Shown piece after piece: positions 26,640 to 32,000 of a stretch of DNA of 32,000 nucleotides. This DNA is from an uncultured Clostridium sp. (GTDB taxonomy: Bacteria; Bacillota; Clostridia; TANB77; CAG-508). Under the pieces are notes generated by a model. It worked only from the letters and a program-made list of their open reading frames with translations. It was not told the DNA's origin and did not search any database. Position 1 is the first letter of the stretch. Every line of letters begins with the position of its first letter. Position numbers and translations under genes: made by a program. Where the stretch lies: positions 11,866 through 43,865 of the forward strand of contig USFW01000009.1 in NCBI GenBank assembly GCA_900553985.1, written 5' to 3'.

Positions 26640-29093
26640 TTATTCTCCTTCTTTTAGCTCTGGAGTTAATGTTTCTATACTTACTACTTTTCCACCATCG
26701 TTTGTTCTCATTAATGTAACACCTTGTGTTGCTCTTCCAAGTAAACTTACATCTTTTACACTAATTCTAATAATTGTTCCAGTATCTGTAATAAGCATTA
26801 CATCATCTTCTTCTGTTGCAATTCTAACTCCAACTAATTTTCCAGTTTTTTGTGTTATTTTATATGTTATAACACCTTTTCCACCTCTGATTTGTACTCT
26901 GTACTCATCTAGCTCTGTTCTCTTTCCAAATCCGTTTTCTGTAATTGCAAGTAATGTTGCTTTTCCTCCTGCTATTACTGATTCCATTCCTATAACTTCG
27001 TCATCATCATCCATTCTTATTCCAATTACACCTTGTGATACTCTACCTATTGGACGAACTTCTTTTTCATCAAATGTTATACACATACCATTTCTTGTAA
27101 CTAAAACAACATTATCTTCTCCATCTGTTAACCTTACTGCAATTAATTCATCATCATCTTTTAAAGTTATACCTTGTAAACCTGTTTTTCTAGTTGAATC
27201 ATATTCCTTTAAGGCTGTTTTCTTGATTAATCCATTTTTGGTTGCCATTAATAAGTATTTTCCTTCTGCAAAATTTTGGATTGGAATTACTGCTGAAACT
27301 TTTTCTCCTGCATCTAAACTTAATAAATTTACTATTGCTGTTCCCTTAGCAGTTCTACCTGCTTCTGGAATTTCATACCCTCTTAAATGATATAATTTTC
27401 CTTTATTAGTAAAGAATAATATTGTATCATGTGTTGAAGCTGTAAATATTTGTTTTACGAAATCTTCTTCTCTTGTTGCTATTCCTGTAATCCCTTTTCC
27501 TCCCCTTCTTTGGCTTTTATATGTATCTATTGGCATTCTTTTAATATATCCAAAGTGTGTGAAAGCAACTACAGTTTGTTCTTCTTTTATTAAGTCGTCT
27601 ATATCTATTTCTCCTTCTGCTGCAACAATTTTTGTCTTTCTTTCATCTCCAAACTTATCTTTGATTTCAAGTAATTCTTCTTTAATTATATCAAATACTA
27701 ATCTTTCACTATTTAATATATCTCTTAAATGTGCTATTAATTCCATTAATTGATTATATTCTTCTTCAATTTTCTCTCTTTGTAATCCTGATAAAGTTTT
27801 TAATCTCATATCTAATATTGCTTGAGCTTGAATATCAGATAGTCCAAATCTTTCCATTAATCTTTCTTTAGCATCGTCATATGAGCTTCTTATAATATTA
27901 ATTACCTCATCAATGTTATCTAAAGCTATTTTCAATCCTTCTAAAATATGAGCTCTAGCTAAAGCTTTGTCTAATTCAAATTGTGTTCTTCTTAAAATTA
28001 CATCTTTTCTATGGTCTATATAGCAATCTAAACATTGTCTTAATGTTAAAACTTGTGGTACTCCATTTACTAAAGCTAACATAATTATTCCAAATGTTGT
28101 TTGCATTTGAGTATGTTTAAATAATTGATTTAATACTACTTGTGGATTTGCATCTCTTTTTAATTCAATTACAACTCTTACTTTATCTTTTCTATCTGAT
28201 TCATCTCTACATTCTGAAATCCCCTCAACTTTCTTTTCTTTTGATAAATCAGATATTGCTTTTATTAAATTAGCTTTATTTACTTGATATGGTAGAGAAG
28301 AAACTATTATTCTTTGTCTATTTCCACTCATTTCTTCTATTTCTGTTTCTGCTCTTAAAGTAATCTTTCCTCTACCTGTTTTATATGCTTGTTTTATACC
28401 TTCTAATCCTAAAATTATTCCTTCTGTTGGAAAATCTGGTCCTTTTATAACCCCCATTAAATCTTCATCAGTTACTTCATCTTCATCAATAATTTTTATA
28501 ATTCCATTTATAACTTCTGTTAAATTATGTGGTGGTATATTTGTTGCCATCCCTACGGCTATACCAGATGAACCATTTACTAAAAGAGCTGGTACTCTTG
28601 CAGGTAATACTGTTGGTTCTTGTAATCTATCATCATAGTTTGGCATAAAATCAACTGTATTTTTTTCTATATCTGTTAGCATATATTCTGAAATTTTTGC
28701 CATTCTTGCTTCAGTATACCTCATAGCAGCTGCTCCGTCACCATCAACAGAACCAAAGTTACCATGTCCGTCAATTAACATATATCTCATTGAAAAATCT
28801 TGAGCCATTCTTACCATTGCATCATAAACTGAACTATCACCATGTGGATGATATCTACCTAAAACAGAACCTACTGTATTTGCACATTTTCTATATGGCT
28901 TGTCTGATGTAATTCCATCTTCATGCATAGCATATAAAATTCTTCTATGAACAGGTTTTAAACCATCTCTTACATCTGGAAGTGCACGAGATACAATAAC
29001 ACTCATTGCATAATCAACATATGCTGCTCTCATTTCTTTTTCTATATCTCTCTCTATAATCTTGCCGTCTTTTCTTTCATGTTTTTCGTCCAT
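26640..29093 (-). CDS. gyrA: DNA gyrase subunit A
   Basis: YAMSVIVSRALPDVRDGLKPVHRRIL, the active-site region AAAMRYTEARM, and the GyrA box QRRGGKG in the C-terminal beta-pinwheel region. The ORF opens at 29111; ATG 29093 is the one preceded by GAGGGAG. Confidence 0.95.
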   Translation of the reverse strand: MDEKHERKDGKIIERDIEKEMRAAYVDYAMSVIVSRALPDVRDGLKPVHRRILYAMHEDGITSDKPYRKCANTVGSVLGRYHPHGDSSVYDAMVRMAQDFSMRYMLIDGHGNFGSVDGDGAAAMRYTEARMAKISEYMLTDIEKNTVDFMPNYDDRLQEPTVLPARVPALLVNGSSGIAVGMATNIPPHNLTEVINGIIKIIDEDEVTDEDLMGVIKGPDFPTEGIILGLEGIKQAYKTGRGKITLRAETEIEEMSGNRQRIIVSSLPYQVNKANLIKAISDLSKEKKVEGISECRDESDRKDKVRVVIELKRDANPQVVLNQLFKHTQMQTTFGIIMLALVNGVPQVLTLRQCLDCYIDHRKDVILRRTQFELDKALARAHILEGLKIALDNIDEVINIIRSSYDDAKERLMERFGLSDIQAQAILDMRLKTLSGLQREKIEEEYNQLMELIAHLRDILNSERLVFDIIKEELLEIKDKFGDERKTKIVAAEGEIDIDDLIKEEQTVVAFTHFGYIKRMPIDTYKSQRRGGKGITGIATREEDFVKQIFTASTHDTILFFTNKGKLYHLRGYEIPEAGRTAKGTAIVNLLSLDAGEKVSAVIPIQNFAEGKYLLMATKNGLIKKTALKEYDSTRKTGLQGITLKDDDELIAVRLTDGEDNVVLVTRNGMCITFDEKEVRPIGRVSQGVIGIRMDDDDEVIGMESVIAGGKATLLAITENGFGKRTELDEYRVQIRGGKGVITYKITQKTGKLVGVRIATEEDDVMLITDTGTIIRISVKDVSLLGRATQGVTLMRTNDGGKVVSIETLTPELKEGE

Positions 29094-29129
29094 TATTCTC
29101 CCTCTTTCCATTGTTATTTCTACATTTGT

Positions 29130-29158
29130 ATTATATTATAACAAATAGAATTTTGCAA
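29130..29158 (-). promoter_or_regulatory. sigma-A promoter for gyrA
   Basis: Minus strand TTGCAA (29158-29153), 17 nt, TATAAT (29135-29130). Confidence 0.5.
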
Positions 29159-29232
29159 GTATTTTAGGGGAAAAGTTTTAGGGAAACTTAGGATTTGTGG
29201 TACTTTTCATTAAATTCATTTTTCTAATAATT

Positions 29233-30009
29233 TTACTTATTATCTTCATTATTGTCCTTCTCGTGTTGTAAATTAAATATTGTTTTTTGATTCTCTATTT
29301 CAGCCCTAAGTTCTTCTTCTGTTGGTAGATATAGTTTATATTTAGATGCAAATAATTGTTCATTACCTTTTAAAATAGAATATTTTGCTATGTCTTCATC
29401 TGTTTCTGAACATAGTAAAATTCCAATTGTAGGATTATCTTGTTTAGATTTTTTTATTTCATCATACATTTTTACATACATATCCATCTGCCCAACATCT
29501 TGATGTGTTATCTTTTTAGTTTTTAAATCAATTAATACAAAACATTTTAAAATATAATTATAAAAAACCAAATCAATATAGTAATCCTCTTTTTCATACC
29601 AAGCTCTAGCTTTTTTATCAAAAACTTGTAATAATGTTCTATAATGTGTCCAAGATAACAGCATTCCAGATTGTCGACTCAATGAGTCAACAATCTGTGG
29701 AAAATTTTTGTAAAAACTTAAAAATCTATATAAATTACTTCTATCAAATCCTTTTCCATATTCTTTTGTAAGTTCTTTAGATAATTTTTTAATTACTTCT
29801 ATTCCATAATCAGCTCTATTATTACCTTTTAATTCTTCTTCTGAAATTCTATATCCAATTAACCAATTTCTTTCAACTAAAGCAATATTAACTGAATGAT
29901 AAGCATAACTTTTTGCAGAATCTATAATGAAACATACATCCTTTAATACATTTTCTGTATTTTGATATTTAATAACCATTGAATTGTTCTTTATTTTTTC
30001 TAACTCCAT
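29233..30009 (-). CDS. YhcG/DUF1016-family PD-(D/E)XK nuclease homologue, internally shortened
   Basis: 258 aa with an AAGGAGA RBS. The N-terminal DUF1016 helical region has N..L...W.IG, YG...I..LS..L and LSWTHY. The C-terminal core has DYYIDLVFYNYILKCFVLIDLK...GQMDMYV. The usual roughly 100 residues between them are missing. Confidence 0.65.
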   Translation of the reverse strand: MELEKIKNNSMVIKYQNTENVLKDVCFIIDSAKSYAYHSVNIALVERNWLIGYRISEEELKGNNRADYGIEVIKKLSKELTKEYGKGFDRSNLYRFLSFYKNFPQIVDSLSRQSGMLLSWTHYRTLLQVFDKKARAWYEKEDYYIDLVFYNYILKCFVLIDLKTKKITHQDVGQMDMYVKMYDEIKKSKQDNPTIGILLCSETDEDIAKYSILKGNEQLFASKYKLYLPTEEELRAEIENQKTIFNLQHEKDNNEDNK

Positions 30010-30092
30010 ATTTTTCTCCTTTTCATTTGATATACATATTATTTATTCTCTAATAACTTTTTAAAAATAATATTAATTTAGACTCTTTCTTT

Positions 30093-30425
30093 TTAATACT
30101 CCTTATTTGTTATATTATTATTTTTTAATATGCAATTTATTAATAAATTAATTCCATCAACAAATCCTTGTTTATACATTATTTTATTATAAATAGATAA
30201 TCTTTTATTTTCATTATTTTCTATTATTTCTTTTATGTTACTTAACATCTCATTATTTATTTTAATTTTTTCTTCAAATTCTTTCCATGCATTTTCTTTT
30301 AATATTTTTATCTTTTCCATTTCTTTAGTTTTTTCACATTTAATAATTATTTTATCTAAATTTTCATATTCTGAATTGTAAAAATTATCTAATAAATCCT
30401 TTAGTTCTATTTCAAATTTTTCCAT
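30093..30425 (-). CDS. hypothetical protein, K/E/N-rich, probably helical
   Basis: 110 aa with a strong AAGGAGG RBS. No recognised family. Confidence 0.55.
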   Translation of the reverse strand: MEKFEIELKDLLDNFYNSEYENLDKIIIKCEKTKEMEKIKILKENAWKEFEEKIKINNEMLSNIKEIIENNENKRLSIYNKIMYKQGFVDGINLLINCILKNNNITNKEY

Positions 30426-30604
30426 TATATCCTCCTTAACTTTACTTTATTAATATTTTCTTCTTTTTTTATTTTTTTATACTTTTTCCCATTTGCTCTT
30501 AGTATCATTTTTATATTTGATTTTAGCATATTAGTATTGTTTAAAATTTATTATATAATATATAAATACTTAATATTTATACTGTTATGAAAGGAATTAT
30601 TTTT

Positions 30605-30958
30605 ATGCAGGAATATATAAAACAAATTGATAATGTATTAGTTGGAGAAAGAATTAGAAAATTAAGAGAACAATTTAATATGAGTAGAGAAAAATTTTCT
30701 GAAATAATAGATATATCCGAAGTATTTTTAGGTCAAATTGAACGAGGTGAAAGGTCATTAAGCTTAAAAACTTTAAGTAAAATTGTTGCTTATACTGGTA
30801 GTTCCTCTGATTATATACTTTTTGGTAAATTAGAAAATACTGATACTATAAATAAAATAAATAATATATTAAATAATTGTTCCTCTGAAACTATTGAATA
30901 TATTTATGATTTAATTCATAGCTCTTTCACTTATTTAAAAAAATATAATAATATATAA
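30605..30958 (+). CDS. XRE-family helix-turn-helix transcriptional regulator
   Basis: HTH_3-type segment GERIRKLREQFNMSREKFSEIIDISEVFLGQIERGERSLSLKTLSKI. The ORF opens at 30587; ATG 30605 follows GAAAGGA. Confidence 0.8.
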   Translation: MQEYIKQIDNVLVGERIRKLREQFNMSREKFSEIIDISEVFLGQIERGERSLSLKTLSKIVAYTGSSSDYILFGKLENTDTINKINNILNNCSSETIEYIYDLIHSSFTYLKKYNNI

Positions 30959-31023
30959 AAAAGTATAATATTAAATAAAATAGATTATAATTATAGAATT
31001 TATAGATTATTAATTCATAAATT

Positions 31024-31737
31024 TTATTTGTTTAATTTATTTACTAATTCCATTTCTTCTTGTGTTAAATTAAAATTATTCCCATTATTTTTAATTAGGT
31101 TATGTAAAATTTCTATTGATTTTGCATCTTGTAATGTTTTTTCTAGTGGCACTAAATTTGGAAGTTCTTTTTGAATTTTTTTATAGTCTTTTTCCATTTT
31201 TTCAAAGTCTTTATTTTCAAAGCTATCTTTCCAACTATTAATATAGTTATTCATTTTATCAACAGAAATAATTTGCTCAGAAAAAGTTTTTTCTATATTA
31301 CTTTCTATATTATTTAATATAATGTCTTTTCCTTTTTCTATTGTATTTCCAAGTGAATAATTTATTCTTCCTGATTCTTGTGCTTTCTCTACTGCAAAAG
31401 ATACTAAATCTGATATTCCATCTATTAATCCTCCTTTTTCTATTGCATTTTGCATTTGTTCAACATTTTCAAAATTTCCTGTAAATATTCCTACTGCACT
31501 TTTCCCTAAATTTATTGCTTCGTCAATAGTTTCTTTTATTCCATCTACAATTCCGTAGTCAAAAATATTATCTTTTATATTAATTATTTTGTCCTCTATA
31601 AAATCAGGAAAAATTGCTCTTATTCCTATGTCTATCCCTGTATTTATAACTTTTCCTAATGTCGTCTCTAAAAAATTATTTTGTTCATTATTTTTTAATA
31701 AATTATTATTTCTTTCAATATCATTTATTAGTTCCAT
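31024..31737 (-). CDS. hypothetical protein
   Basis: 237 aa with an AAGGAGG RBS. No TM helix or signal peptide, and no family recognised. Confidence 0.55.
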   Translation of the reverse strand: MELINDIERNNNLLKNNEQNNFLETTLGKVINTGIDIGIRAIFPDFIEDKIINIKDNIFDYGIVDGIKETIDEAINLGKSAVGIFTGNFENVEQMQNAIEKGGLIDGISDLVSFAVEKAQESGRINYSLGNTIEKGKDIILNNIESNIEKTFSEQIISVDKMNNYINSWKDSFENKDFEKMEKDYKKIQKELPNLVPLEKTLQDAKSIEILHNLIKNNGNNFNLTQEEMELVNKLNK

Positions 31738-32000
31738 ATAAATTCCTCCTTGCTTTTTTATATTAATATCTTGTTTAATTTTTTTATTTTATTTAATATT
31801 ATTTTTTAATAAAATTATTTATTTGATTTTATTTTGTTTATTTTTTATAATTATTATTTTTATTTATTTTTAATTCCAGTTTTGATTTTAATTAATCTTT
31901 GTTGTTTTTTATTTTATTTTTATTTATTTCTTAATAATTAATTATATTTATTTAATTATTTTTTTACTTTATTTTTGATTTTAATTCGTCTTTTTTATTG

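Noticed and set aside
26640-29111. Topoisomerase IV ParC instead of GyrA
   Set aside because: The GyrA box QRRGGKG is present, which distinguishes GyrA from ParC.
31738-32000. Replication origin or DNA-unwinding element, given the proximity to gyrA and the extreme AT content
   Set aside because: No DnaA-box consensus (TTATCCACA or its complement) is visible here or elsewhere in the intergenic regions, and no dnaA or dnaN is in the window.

Overview
This is a very AT-rich chromosomal segment (by eye about three quarters A+T) from a low-GC Gram-positive, Clostridia-like bacterium, judged from an LPXTG sorting signal, a VanW/G5 protein, a DnaB(DnaD-domain)/DnaI pair and Clostridia-type GyrA. 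Strong AGGAGG-type RBSs and near-consensus sigma-A promoters are present throughout. Left to right the window holds: a partial ABC-F ATPase, a small ORF interrupted by an in-frame TGA, a DUF378 protein, a CapA-family protein, CorA, a frameshifted GT-C/YfhO-like polytopic membrane protein, and tRNA-Lys(CTT). Next come an 8.6-kb ORF for a giant LPPTG surface protein, a VanW/G5 protein, a CBM-like protein, an SDR and a tRNA-Lys(TTT)/Glu/Thr operon. The right half holds DUF1858, a four-gene type-IV-secretion-like cluster (coupling-protein ATPase plus VirB2-, VirB6- and VirB3/PrgI-like membrane proteins), a DnaD-domain protein, a frameshifted dnaI-like helicase loader and gyrA without gyrB. It ends with a small set of orphan genes: an internally deleted YhcG-like nuclease, an XRE regulator and two unknowns. 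I see no CRISPR array, transposase, integrase or rRNA. I cannot point to a demonstrably new system. The two most unusual things are these. (1) The giant ORF reads as two complete surface proteins joined through a sorting-signal-like anchor followed directly by a second signal peptide. (2) The intact T4SS-like cluster lacks VirB4, relaxase and hydrolase and sits just upstream of core replication genes. Two genes are split by single-base frameshifts and one by an in-frame TGA, so assembly error must be excluded before any of these is interpreted biologically.
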